From positions 39,948,001 to 40,196,000 of the forward strand of contig OX597834.1 in NCBI GenBank assembly GCA_951406725.2: a stretch of 248,000 nucleotides of DNA, written 5' to 3'. This DNA comes from Octopus vulgaris (taxonomy: Eukaryota). The stretch's first letter is position 1; each line of letters starts with the position of its first letter. Below the pieces are notes generated by a model. That model worked only from the letters and a program-made list of their open reading frames with translations. It ran no database searches and was not told the origin of the DNA. The translations under genes were made by a program, and so were the position numbers. Of this stretch, positions 75,954 to 90,568 are shown piece by piece.

Positions 75954-77639
75954 TGTTTTCTCTTGTGTTATTAGGGAATTAAAAGTGGAAAAGAAGATAA
76001 AACTGATTAGCACAAACGAAAAATAATCCGCACACATACGTAAATAAAACCTACATCCGTTTTCCCATGTTGGCATGGGTTGGACGGTTAGACAGGAGTT
76101 AGTCACCCAACACACACACACACACACACACATACAAACATATATACACTCATACATATACACAGACATATGCACTCACACATATATAAATTTGTATGCA
76201 TGTGGGTGTGTGTGTATATAATGGTTTTCACATTCTGCTTTATTGAACAAATATCAAAAAGAAAGGTGACTCTGCAATAAGGAATTTGCTTGACAACCAC
76301 ATGGTTCTGCTTTCAGGCCCACTGCGTGGAACCTTGGGCAAGTAATTTCAAATCCTTTTGGGTGGATTTGGTAGGCAGAAACTGAAAGAAGCCCATTGTA
76401 TCATCATTATTATCATCATTTAACGTCCGTAGTCCATGCTGGCATGGGTTGGATAGTTTGTCTGAGCTGGCACACAGGAAGGCAGCACAGACTCCGGTCT
76501 GATTTGGCATGGTTTTCTATGGCTGGATACCCTTCCTAACACCAACTACTCTGAGAGTGTAATGGGTGCTTTTACGTGCCACCGGCACAGGTGCCATTTG
76601 CATGACACCAGTATCTGTCACAGCTGTGGTGCATGTCTTTGTGTCCGTCTTTGCCTTTCATCATTTAAGGGGTCAATAAACTAAGTACCAGTTGAATACT
76701 GGGGTTGACGTAATTGACTTAGTCCCTCTCCTAAAATTGCTGGCCCGGTGCCAAAATTTGGAATCATTATTACTAGTATTGGAGGTGCAATGGCCCAGTG
76801 GTTAGGGCAGCGAACTCAGTTGGAGGATCGCAGTCTCAATTACCAGACTGGGCGTTGTGTGTGTTTATTGAGCAAAAACACCTAAAAGCTCCACGAGGCT
76901 CCAGCAGGGAGTGGTGGCAACCCCTGTTGTATCCTTTTGCCCCAACTTTCTCTCACTTTTTCTTCCTGTTTCTTGAGTAACACTACGATGGACTGGCGTC
77001 CCATCCAGCTGGGGTGAACACATATGCCATAGAAACCAGGAAACCAGGCCCATGAGCCTGGCTAGGCTGGAAAAGGGTGCATAAAAAAAACTACTAGTAT
77101 TATCAGTATGTTCTGAGTTCAAGTTCTACCCAGGTCAACTTTGCCATTCCTCCTTCCAGGATCAATACATTAAGTACCAGCTGAGTACTGGGGTCAACGG
77201 AATTGACTATCCCCCTCCCCCAAATTTCAGGCCTTGTGCCTAAAGTAGAAAGGATTATTATTATTATTAAGGCAATGAGCTGGCAGAACCATTTACATGC
77301 TGAGCAAAATGCTTAGTGACATTTCATCTACCTTTGTGTTCTGAGTTCAAATTCTGCCAAGGTCAACTTTGCCTTTCATCATTTCGGAGTCAATGAAATA
77401 AGTACCAGCTGAACACTGGGGTCGATGTAATCAACTTACCCCCTCACCCCCAAATTTTAGCCCCTGTGCCTTTAACAGAAGGATTCGCTAAACGATGATG
77501 ATGATGATTATTACTACTATTAATTATTGCTGTTTTTTTCATTTGAAACAAGCTGTTGCAAGTTTGGTGCTGACACCTCGAGCAACAGCTAATTAAGTAT
77601 GTTACTACAGGCGTTATTTATGAGTAACAATAATATATT

Positions 77640-78090
77640 TCCGGAAAAGGAAACCAAACACTAAAAACCAAACTTTTATTGGAAATTTGTCATAATATTT
77701 GCAATTTTGAAAGATTTTAAACAATTCAGATATTCTCAGGCTGACAGTGTTTTTCCTAGAATGAGGGCCGTAGCCATGAGAAAATTGTTTTTATTTGTTC
77801 TGATATATTCTGATATAACATAACGAAAAATGAGTTTTTATTCATGGAAGATGGGGCTCCATGCCATACACCGAAAAGGAATCAACAATGGTTGACTGAA
77901 AATGGGATGAGAAAGCTTACTTGGCCCAGCCAATCTCTTGACATGAACCCAATTGAAAATCTTTGGAGTATATGAGATAGAGCTATTATGAAAAACTCGA
78001 CAGAATCCTAAAGCTAAAGGTGAATTCTTTTGATTGTTGCATGAAAAGTGGGCAGAAATTCCACAAAGCTCATCATTTCAATGCCAAAAA
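77640..78090 (+). pseudogene. Decayed Tc1-family transposase fragment
   Basis: FMEDGAPCHT...WPSQSLDMNP/IENLW (DDE motif region) with a frameshift. Confidence 0.7.
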
Positions 78091-78109
78091 ACAGAACATG
78101 TCGGGGGGA

Positions 78110-78450
78110 ATTTGCCAGGGCAGGGCCAATCCATAACATTACATGACATGTCTGATTAGCCAGAGGGGCAGACCCAACCCATAACATTACATGACATGTG
78201 AGGGATTCGCCAGAGGGGCAGACCCAACCCATAACATTACCTGACATGTCAGATTCGCCAGAGGGGCAGGGCCAATCCATAGCATTATATGACATGTCAG
78301 AGATTCGCCAGAGGGGCAGACCCAACCCATAACATTACATGACATGTCGGAGATTCGCCAGAGGGGCAGGGCCAATCCATAACATTACATGACATGTCAT
78401 ATTAGCCAGAGGGGCAGACAAACCTATAACATTACATGTCATGTCTGAGG
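78110..78450. repeat. 48-50-bp minisatellite, about 7 copies
   Basis: cagaggggcag recurs at 78161, 78211, 78259, 78309, 78359, 78407. Confidence 0.9.
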
Positions 78451-78509
78451 AAGACAGGTGGTGTAGACAACAAACAGATGCATTAGTATAACGCTCAGGA
78501 AGTGAAAAA

Positions 78510-78548
78510 GTCTTTAACGTTTCGAGCCTACGCTCTTCCACAGAAAGG
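78510..78548 (-). ncRNA. Hammerhead-like motif with CUGU-N-GA core (best-preserved copy)
   Basis: cuuu-CUGUGGA-a-gagc-guag-gcuc-GAAA-CGUU-aaag. Confidence 0.6.
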
Positions 78549-79735
78549 GACACAGAAAGAAACAAGGAGCAAAAATAAAGAATGTGTAGTGGCTCACACA
78601 CGAAGGGCTTCTTTCAGTTTCCATCAACCAAATCCACTCACAAGGCTTTGGTCAGCCTGAGGCTATAATAGAAGACTCTTGCCCAGGGGTAACAGGCAGT
78701 ATTGTCCTCCCTCAAGCAGTATTGGAGGATAAAAATATACACGCACATAGATAGATACATACATATATATATATACATACATACATATACACACACGCAT
78801 ACATATATATACACACATACACATAAATATATATATATACACACAGATATATACATGCATATGTATATATACATATATATATATACACACACACACAGTG
78901 GGCTTCTTTCAGTTTTCATCTCACAAATGTTTGGTCAGCTCACGGCAATAGTAGAAGACACTTGCCAAAGGTACCAAGCAGTGAGACTGAACCCAGAATC
79001 AGGTGGCTGGGAAGCAAACATCTTAACACACAGCCATGTCAGCACCTCAACTTTTCAAATATTTCTACAGAAGCGTTGCAATCTACTGGAATTGGTATAC
79101 CTATAAACAAACATTTTCTGTTTTTTGTCAAGGTGAATTTTTTGCCACAATGTCTGGCCTATTAGCCATAATAGCTCTAATCTAAGTGGTGAGCTCCCAG
79201 AATGATTACCATGCTGAATAAAATGTTAAGCAGCATTTCCTATGACAATATGTTCTGATTTCAAATGCCGTCGACATCAACCTTGCCTCTCATCCTTTCA
79301 AGGTCAATGAAACAAATACCAGCTGCGCACTGGGGTGGATGTAATTGACTTCCCCTCCCACCAAAACTGTTGGCCCTGTACCAAAATTAGAAAGAAAATT
79401 ACTATTATTATTATTATTATTATTATTACGTACACTTGCATGCAAACACACATACGCACACCCTAATACGTTTACATAAACATAAAGCGAATGCATCTAG
79501 CACTCCCACCCTGCCATGACCACCTCCACATAACCACCCGGATAACACATGAATATAAAGCTTGCAAATTGTGTGCAAGTGTACATGAATGTGTACGTTA
79601 ATGTGTGTGTGTGTGAGTGTGTGTGTGTGAAGTGGGTGTATGCAGTATAGTTGGTGTATATATGTGTGTGACGTGTATATGCAGATGTGGCGTGCGTATA
79701 TGCTATTTGTACAAGATTTCATATGATGATGATGA

Positions 79736-79774
<39 letters not shown>

Positions 79775-81291
79775 TCTATTTGATCTTTACAGAATAACAA
79801 AGAAGAAAAAGAAAATGCCTTCAGAGCCACCTCTCCCCCTTCCCACTTCATGCATCTCCCTCTCACTCAGCATCACTTTCTCTCTCCCCCTCACTCACCT
79901 AACATCTCACTCTCTCCTCTTCACTCACCTAGTGTCTCTCTCTCTCTATTTTCCATCACTCACCAAGTGTTTCTCTCTATTTTCCATTTCTTGCTTAGCA
80001 TCCTTCTCTCTCTCTCTCGCACTGAGCATCTCTCTCCCTCTCTCACTTGCTTAGTATTTCTATCTCTTCCTCTCTCTCTCTATCTCTCTCACTCTCTCTC
80101 CCTCATATACACTACCTCCTTCACACATTTCTCTCTCTCTCTCTCTATCTCTCACTCTCTCTCCCTCCTTCACACATTCTCTCTCTCTCTATCTCTCTCA
80201 CTCTCTCTCCCTCATATACACTACCTCCTTCACACACTCTCACTCTCTCTCTCTTCCACACACCCATTGCACCAGTTGGTCATAACAGTAAAACTTCTGA
80301 TTAATAATCTATCATCGTTACTAGTAACGCTACCAAAGGTGTGGTCTATAACCAACCTACATTCATTTGTTGCATTCTGTTTTACAGCTGTTTTTTAATG
80401 CCAGCATGGGTTAGACCATTTATCTTTTATCTTTTACATGTGTTCGTTGCTAGACTGTGGCCATGCTGGGGCATCACATTGAAGGGTTTTTCATCAAACA
80501 AATCAACTCCAGTGTTTATTTTATTTTATCGTATTTTATTTTTTTATTTTATTTTGTAAGTCTGGTACTATTTTTATTGGTCTCTTTTGCCAAATTGCTA
80601 AAACTGAGGGATGTAAACAAACCAACACCAGTTGTTAAGCAGTGGTGGTGGTGGTGGTGGTGGAGAGGACAAACACAAATGCAGACATTCACACACACAC
80701 ACACACAAGTTCAGAAAGAGCTTACATCGACCCCAGTACTCAACTGGTACTTCTTTTATTGATCCCAGAATGACGAAAAGCAGAACTGACCTCAGTAGAG
80801 TTTGAACCCTGAATATATATAATGGATGAAATGCCACAAAACATTTTGCCAGGCATGCTAACCATTCTGCCAGCTCACGACCCTCATAATAACAACAACA
80901 ACAACAACAACAACAACACATCATCATTAACTAATTAATATAAATACCAAACCATTTATCCTTTACAATTAATTATAACATTAACTATAATGAAAATAAC
81001 AGAGTGTGCCATGGAGAGAAACAATGTGGGTCAACAAGTACAAAAAGCCCAGATTTATTGGGGAGATGGTGAGACTGTGGTGTTCATATGTTTTTCAAGA
81101 ATACCTTATTTTTCTATCTTTCAGTTGTTTCAGTCACACGTGGTCAATACACTAGGGTGGATAACGTCCAACTGCAAGAATTTAAACAAGGTCTCCAAGC
81201 TTAGGGTATGTCCCTCCACCCTTCCATCAGTCTTAAGGAAACTCTGAAAAGGGTCATGAGCAGATGTATTTTCCCTCCTCTTACTAAGCTG

Positions 81292-81890
81292 GTGAGCTGG
81301 CAGAAATGTTAGCACACTGGGCAAATTGCTTAGTGGTATTTCGTCTGCCACTACGTTCTGAGTTCAAATTCCACCGAGGTCGACTTTGCCTTTCATCTTT
81401 TCGGGGTCGATTGAATAAGTACCAGTTACGCACTGGGGTCGATATAATCAACTTAATCCGTTTGTCTGTCCTTGTTTGTCCCCTCTGTGTGTAGCTCCTT
81501 GTGGGTAGTTAAGAAATAGGTATTTCATCTGCCGTTACGTTCTGAGTTCAAATTCCGCCGAGGTCGACTCTGCCTTTCATCCTTTTGGGGTCGATTAAAT
81601 AAGTACCAGTTACGCACTGGGGTCGATACAATCGACTTAATCCATTTGTCTGTCCTTATTTGTGCCTTCTGTGTTTAGCCCCTTGTGGGTAGTGAAGAAA
81701 TAGGTATTTCATCTGCCGTTACGTTCTGAGATCAAATTCCTCCGAGGTTGACTTTGCCTTTCATCCTTTTGGGGTTGATTAAATAAGTACCAGTTACGCA
81801 CTGGGGTCGATATAATCGACTTAATCCGTTTGTCTGTCCTTGTTTGTCCCCTCTGTGTGTAGCCCCTTGTGGGTAGTAAAGAAATAAGAA
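81292..81890 (+). mobile_element. Head-to-tail multimer of SINE family B
   Basis: Units rejoin at aagaaatag|gtatttcatctgcc, i.e. later units start about 48 nt into the head. Confidence 0.8.
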
Positions 81891-83879
81891 ATATATTTTG
81901 TTTAAACACCACAGCTGGAGAAATTAATATGTTCTGGCCAAGCAGTTAATTCAGTGTCAAATATCTTAACAAAGCAGAGAGAATGGAGCTATCCAAACGA
82001 TGACAAATTGATTTCAGACATAATTACATCCTCCCAACGTCCATTTTCCCAAGCTTGCATGAGTTGGACAGAGTTTCTCGAAGCAGATTTTCTTATGACC
82101 AGATGCCCTTCCTGTCACCAACCCTCACCTGTTTCCAAGCAAAGTAATTGGAAAACAAACTCTTTTTTTACATCCCATCCATCCCTGGGGCCTACAACAT
82201 CTCACTCGCATTTACAGAAGCGGTGAAATGCCAGATTCTGTGACACACATACCTTTTTTCCTCTTCCTCTCTCACCCCGCCTCTCTACCATCAATATCAA
82301 CGGATTAAAGGAAGTGACTAGACATTGAGAATCAAGTAAAACTGGGTCATCACCAACTCCGCCACGAACACGGTTGACTGCCCTCCGTGGTTCTTGGTTC
82401 AAACAGTGTTTATTATATACAGTATTGATTTTTCAATTTGCTATTTCAAATATCAGTTTTCACGATTATCTCTCAGTAAAATACACAATTTTCTTGTAAC
82501 AAATGGGACTCAGAGAAGACATAAATCTCTTGTCAGAACATTTTTTTTTTATAGTTTGTTGTAGTAACATTGTAGTAATGTGGCTTCACTAGCAACTGCT
82601 GGTTGCCATGGCAATTATAGTTTGTTGCTTGATGAGGTTGCAGGTATGGGTGCGTGGTTAAGAAGATTGGTTTTAGAAGCATGTGGTTTTGGGTTCTGTT
82701 CCACAGCATGGCATCTTGGCCAAAAGCCTTCTGCTAGAGACCCAGACTGGGCAAAGACTTGTGAGTGGATCTGATAGATGGAAATTGAAAGAAGCCCATC
82801 ATGTCTATGAATGTACATATATATATATACACACACAGACACATACATATTATATACAAACATATATATATACATATATATATATATATACAAACGATGG
82901 CAGAAACGTTAGCACGCCGGGCGAAATGCAGCGGTATTTCGTCTGTCATGTTATGAGTTCAAATTCTGCCAAGGTCAACTTTGCCTTTCATCCTTTCGGG
83001 GTCGATAAATAAATTACCAGTTTCACACTGGGGTCAATCTAATCGACTTAATCCCTTTGTCTGTCCTTGTTTGTCCCCTCTATGCTTAGCCCCTTGTGGG
83101 TAGTAAAGAAATATATATATATACACACATATGCATACATACACACACATATATATACATACACACATACAAACATACATACACACACATATACACATAC
83201 ACACATATATACATACATACACACATTTATATACATATATGCATACATACACATACATATACATACATTCATATATACATACATACCAGTTTTCGCCAAC
83301 CATCTAACCCATACCAACATGGAAAGCAGAGGCTAAATGATAATGGTGATGATATATATATATTCTCTTCTCAGTTCCCATGCTTATTACAACAGTCCTT
83401 GTAAAAGAACTCAGAAGGTTGGACCTCCAGCCAGGCCTTCTGCAATATTCTTAAAGCCAGGAACTTTTCAGTATGCCCACATATGTATACACACACACTC
83501 ACTCACACACACACACACACATACACATATATTGATCACAACTGTCCTATGAATGGCATCATGAAACTCTGAGTAACAGTTTGTTGTGATGTTTCTACAA
83601 CCTTAATAAAAAAGTATATTACTCTGCCTTTGGTATTTGAGTACTATTTTCCACACCTTACTTTTCATTTACATGCTTGCTCATATATATATATATAAAT
83701 ATATACATCCTGTTGTGTCTGGGGAGAGTCATTTTCTTTTTGTGCCTTATAATTTCCACTTATTTCTTATTTTTATTTTCCTAAAATTTTCGTTGCGTCT
83801 TGCAACCTTTTCAATAGTCTTGAATATGCTTCAACACATGAACTCATATAAAGAATCTTGCATACCAAATCCCAAAACG

Positions 83880-83911
<32 letters not shown>

Positions 83912-84148
83912 ACATGCACATACATAGATACATATACAAACACACACACATTCTATAAATAAATATTTTCTTGGTAGTCTCTCAAGCCCAAGAAAGATGG
84001 TTCTGCAATTCATCACAGAACAACCTACACAGAACATCCGTTTATAGTGGTCAAATGTTTGTGATGTTCACGAGCTCACTGCTTCCAGCAATCAACATTG
84101 CCTCTGGAGATACACAGTATGCCATACATCAAATGTCAAAGTGATATA

Positions 84149-84201
<53 letters not shown>

Positions 84202-84407
84202 ATGTATAATATATTTTTTTATCGTTATTTGTTTCAGTCATTAGACTGCAGCTATGCTGGGGCAACACCTTGAGTTTTTAGCCAAATGCCTGGTACTTTT
84301 TCTATCAATCTCTTTTTGCCGAACTGCTAAGTTACAGGGATGCAAACACACCAACATGGGTTGTCAAGAAGTGGTGGGGGAACAAACACAGACACAAAGA
84401 CACACTC

Positions 84408-84464
<57 letters not shown>

Positions 84465-86458
84465 TATACATATATGATGGGCTTCTTTCAGTTTCCATCT
84501 ACCAAACCCACTCACAAGGCTTTGGTCAGCCCGAGGTTAGAGTAGAAAACACTTGTCCAAGGTGCCATGCAGTGGGACTGAACCCAGAACCATGTGGTTG
84601 GTTAGCAAGCTTCTTACCACACAGCCATCATCATCATCATCATTATTATTCTACAGCCGTTGTCCATGCTGGCATGGGTTGGACAGTTTGACCAGGGATG
84701 TCAAGCTGGGAAGCTGCACCAAACTCCAGTCTGATTTAGCATGATTTTCCACGGCTGGATGCCCTTCCTGATGCCAACCACTCCAAGAGTGTAATGGGTA
84801 CTTTTACGTGCTACTGGCATGGTTGCCATTCGCATGACACCAGAATCTGTCACAACTGCAATTGCATGGTTCTAGATTTAGTCCCACTGCATCACACCTT
84901 GAGCAAGTGTCTCCTACTGTAACCTCGGGCTGACCAAAGCCTTGAGTGGATATGGTAGATGGAAAACTAAAAGAAGCCCATCGTGTGTATGTGTGTGTGG
85001 GCATGTGTATGTATGTGTGTGTGGGCATGTGTGTGTATGTGTCTGTGTTTGTCCACCCACCATCGCTTGACAACCACTGTTGGTGTGTTTACATCCCCGT
85101 AACTTAGCGGTTCGGCAAAAGGTACCGATAGAATAAGTACTAGGCTTACAAAGAATAAGTCCTGGGGTCGATTTGTTCAACTAAAGGCAATGCTCCAGCA
85201 TGGCAGCAATCAAGATGCCTGAAAAGAATATATTATATCACTTGACTAACTTTCACCCTGTTCTTATCAAGGTCACGAGCAGATCCTGAATTCCTCAGTA
85301 TTGCTTGTCAAAGGAATCGGCTGATATTCTTGTATATTGCGTTTCAAACCCTGACTGAGTTCACTAAGTCTTTCATCCCCCTGGGGGTCCATAAAAGAAG
85401 GGCACCAATGAAGTATTGGTGTCGATGTAATTGATGATACAAAACCTTTGTCCCTACAAATATGTGTCAAATTGGACCTATATTACGAATCAATATCATT
85501 TACATAAAGATATTACAGTTGCCATGGAGACTGTATTGATTAGAGGGGGAGTAGAGGAAACCAGTAAGGGGTGGATGGGTGGACAAAAAGCACAACAAAA
85601 GGAGGCGATAAAAATTAATCAATATCCACCCATGTCAAACCCATTAAAGCATGGGAAAACAGAGGCGGAGGTGGAGGTGGTGGCCTACATTTATCTAGTC
85701 ATTCATATAGAATGGAATACCAGCATTATTATTATTATTATTATTATTGTTATTATTATTAAGTTAGCAAGCTGGCAGAATTGTTAGCACGCTGTGAAAA
85801 ATGCTTAATGGTATTTCATCTGTCCTTTATGTTCTGAGTTCAAATTCCGCTGAGGTCAACTTTGCCTTTCATCCTTTCGGGGGTCGATGAAATAAGTGCC
85901 ATCAGATAAAAGTGTGACATCAGATAAAAGGGTTCATGCAGTGCCACATAAAAGTGCCTGTGTGGCACCACATGAAAGGACCCACATGGTGCCACATGAA
86001 AAAGCATTCATGTGGTGTCACATAAAATCACTCGTGTGACATCACGTAAAAGCACCTGTGCAGATCCACATTAAAGTGCCCGTGCAGTGCCACCCAACAG
86101 CACCTAGCACACTCTGTAAAGGGGTTGGCGTTAGGGAGGGCATCGAGCTGTAGAAACCCTGCCAAATCAGACCAGAGTTTAGTGCAGCTCCCCAGCTCTG
86201 GTCAAACAGTCCAACCCATGCCAGCATGGACAACAGATGATGATGATGATGAAATCCTTTATTTTTCTATCTTTTACTTGTTTCAGTCATTGTACCGGGG
86301 CCATGCTGGGGCACTCAAGAAGCAAATCAATCCCGGCCCTTATTTTCACTTAAAGTCTGGAACCGATTTTATTAGTCTCTTTTGCCAGACTGCTAAGTGA
86401 TAATAAAAACATAGATAAAAACCAACACCAGTTGTCAAGCAGCGGGAATGGGGCAAAC

Positions 86459-86503
<45 letters not shown>

Positions 86504-87131
86504 CGCACACACACACATACACACACGAACACACAAGAGGTTTCCTCACAGTTTCCATCAACCAATGGCCCAATTAGGGCTAATCGTTGGAGACACTTGC
86601 CTAAGGTGCCATGCCACGGGACTGAACTCACAACCACATTGTTGCAAAGCAAGCTTCTTGACCACACAGCTATGCCTGTGCCTAGCCAAGGGAAATAACC
86701 CAAAGTGGACTAATGCCATAATTTTGGTTATCTAAGTTAAGTGCTAGTATATATTGAATATTGCTCAAACAAAAGAAAAAATTTTGTCTGTATTAGTAAA
86801 GTCATTTTGACCTGATGACAGATATAACCATTTGGGGTCAATTTATAAACAGCATTCATTCTCTCTCTCTCCCTCACACACACACACTCACCCCTCTCTC
86901 TTTCTCACCTTCATACACAACTCACACACACACACACACACACGTCTCTTCCTGGTATTGAATAAGAATATCTCAGGTAATTCTCTTTCAAAAATTGCAC
87001 CAAAAGGATTTACAAACACAGACAGACAGATACACACACACACACAGTCACATACACATACATATGTACCTCATATCTAGGTATACTTACAGACATACCT
87101 GTGCACACAAACACATGTATTTATATACAAT

Positions 87132-87166
<35 letters not shown>

Positions 87167-89272
87167 CTTGCATACTACATAGACACATATTATATACACA
87201 TACATTCATACATTTTATTAATAGCTGAAGACATGAGTAGTTCTTTATCACCCCCACCACCTCATCACACTGCAAACTGACTACCAGGTGGTGCTGTTTG
87301 ATTTAGCAGCTGAAATCTAGCGACACACACGACAATTGTCAGTCTGATAAAAACTGTCCATCCCCCCCCCCCCACAACACTCACTGAGATCTTATCTCTC
87401 AATCACTCACCCTCTCCTATCATCATCATCATCATCATTGAATGTATGTTTTGTCCATGCTGGCATGGGTTGGATGGTTTGACAGGAGCTGGCAAGTCGG
87501 AGAGCTGCACCAGTCTCCGTTTTTTTTATTTTTATATTTTGTTTATTTCATTTAGTTTCAGCTCACAAGCTGTGGCCATGCTGGGGCACCGCCTGTTTCA
87601 GCAAGGTTTCTATGGCTTCATGCCCTTCCTAATGTTACCCACCTTTACAACATGTACTGGGTTCTTTCCCTATGGAGCCAGCACAGGTACTTTTAATGTG
87701 GAAACAGCACAGGTGCTTTTAATGTGCCACCTGCACAGGTGCTTTTAATGTGGTACCAGGACAGGTACTTTTTATGTGGAACCAACATAGGTGCTTATGT
87801 GACACCAGCACAGGTGCTTTTTATGTGGTACCAGGACAGGTACTTTTTATGTGGAACCAACATAGGTGCTCATGTGACACCAGCACAGGTGCTTTTTATG
87901 TGGCACCAGAACAGGTGCTTTTTATGTGCCACCTGCACAGGTGATTTTTATGTGGAACCAACATAGTTGCTTACCATGTGGCCCTGACATGAATGCTTTT
88001 TATGTGGCATTGGCATGGGTGTTTTTATATGGCACCAGCACAGGTGTTTTTTATGCAGCACCTGCACAGGTGTGTTTTACATAGCAGATGCACAGGTGCT
88101 TTTTAAGTGTTACTGGCTCTGGTGTTTTTTATATGGCACCAGCACTATCATGGTTGCCAAGTAATTTGCAAGGCAAAGATCTTTTAGTTAAGAGAGGGAG
88201 TGAAACCGAGAGAAGTTGCTGTGCACCAGGCAAGAAGTTAGAGTATGACAGAGGGACAGAGATAATTGTCTTACTATAGAGGAGATACCTGGCCAGCCTA
88301 GTAGGACAAGGAAGAAGTAAGGTAGGAGAGAGAGAGAGAGAGAGAGAAAAAGATAGAGACAGAATTTACTTAAATACACCAGTGTAACTAAGGATGGTAG
88401 TGGGCCTCCCCTGTACACTGTACCATATTTGTTATGAAATATACACATACAGATAGATGAGAGTGTATATACATATTTCTAAAATTATTACTCTTTCTTC
88501 AGTGCTACAGTCAATCTATTATCCATCCACAAACACATTGTTTAAATAACCACTAAATTCTGCAAGTAATATATTAAATGCAATCCTGGCAACAGGTACA
88601 TATGTATTAATTGCTGGCTGGGTATTTTGTTTTGCATCCATGATATATTACCAAATATGCAGAAATATACACATAAAGATAGTAGGGAGGGAGAGAGAGA
88701 GACAGAGAGAAAGAGAGAGAGAGATTACAATTTATTAATTGAAAAGGACTGACATGACCACTTTCCCTCTCCTCGTGTGCATAATGAGAGATATGCTAAC
88801 ACACATAAACAAAGAGAGAAGGACGTTAAAATATTTGTTGTCAAAAAAAAAAAAGTAATGAATCAGGGACATCAAAAAGGGCTGTGCTGAGCCTAGAACA
88901 TTTTATACCATACGTGTCCACACGGAATACTCTGTGAAATGGTTGGTAGCAGGAAAGGCATTCAGCCATAGAAACCATGCCAAAAATATAATGTTTGAGC
89001 CAGATGTAATCCGCTGATCCATTCGGAATGGAAATAAACAATAATGGGAACTGAATCAAACCAAGGTGACCTGGCCAACCCAAATCAGCATGGAAAAAAA
89101 TACTACATACACACACACATATGTATGTATAGATAAGCATATAATACACATGTGTCTATCTATTTATTTATCTATCCCTTTATCAATATATATATATATA
89201 CTATATCTATATATATAAATCTATATCTATATATATATATATATATATAATCTATATCTATATCTATAAATC

Positions 89273-89303
<31 letters not shown>

Positions 89304-89571
89304 CTCTATATGTATATTATATATATATATTGGTAGCTATAAATACAGCTAGCTATAGATTTATATAGATATAGATATATGTATATATAGACATGTTTAA
89401 AGGCAAGTAATGTATAAATAGGTATTTAGTATCAAATTTTACCAATTCTATTCGAGATTATTACATTAAGAATCACAGATGGAGACAAAAATGGAAGCAA
89501 ATGGTAGAACAAAATATAAATAACTAAGCAGAAACAGAAAACAAGAAATAGTATTCAGGAATTAGACAGAG

Positions 89572-89629
<58 letters not shown>

Positions 89630-89667
89630 TAATAATGATAATAATAATAACAACAATAATAATAATG

Positions 89668-89707
<40 letters not shown>

Positions 89708-89745
89708 TAATAATGATAATAATAATAACAACAATAATAATAATG

Positions 89746-89782
<37 letters not shown>

Positions 89783-90005
89783 TAATAATGATAATAATAA
89801 TAACAACAATAATAATAATGATAATAATAATGATAATAATAATAATAACAACAACAATAATAATAATAATAATGATAAATTTCATTGACTTCTTTTTGGT
89901 TTTGTTTTGGTTAACATATATCGATTCCTGACTTAATAACAATAATAATAAAATTCTGATCTTTCCTATTTTCATCTTCAAAAGCAATTTGTAGATCAAA
90001 AAGAA

Positions 90006-90058
<53 letters not shown>

Positions 90059-90258
90059 CACACACACACATTACATACACGCACACACACACATATATAT
90101 ATACACATACATACATACACACACATATACACAGACAATATATATATACATACACACATATAAACAGACACTATACATACATACATACATACATACATAC
90201 ATACATACATACATACATACATACATACATACATACATACATACATACATACATACAT

Positions 90259-90324
<66 letters not shown>

Positions 90325-90510
90325 TCAGAATTAAAGAAGAGAACAATCGGATATGAAAAAAAGAAGAAGTGAGAATATAGGAATGCATTGAAATACCGAA
90401 ACGAGGAATTAATGAGTTAGCACCATAGAAAAGTACAGAATTTAACTGTGAAACTATAGAGTCAGAGTTAGATTCTTGGAGTAGATAATGAGTTTCATAA
90501 ATGGTTTCAC

Positions 90511-90568
90511 CTTTGACATGATCTACAGCCAGTTTGCAGACACATCTCGACCAATCTATTAGTGCCAT
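90511..90568 (-). CDS. Weak candidate alternative first exon: MALIDWSRCVCKLAVDHVK(D)
   Basis: ATG, 19 codons + 1 nt, donor AAG|gtgaaa, phase 1; unique island between microsatellites; no homology recognised. Confidence 0.25.
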
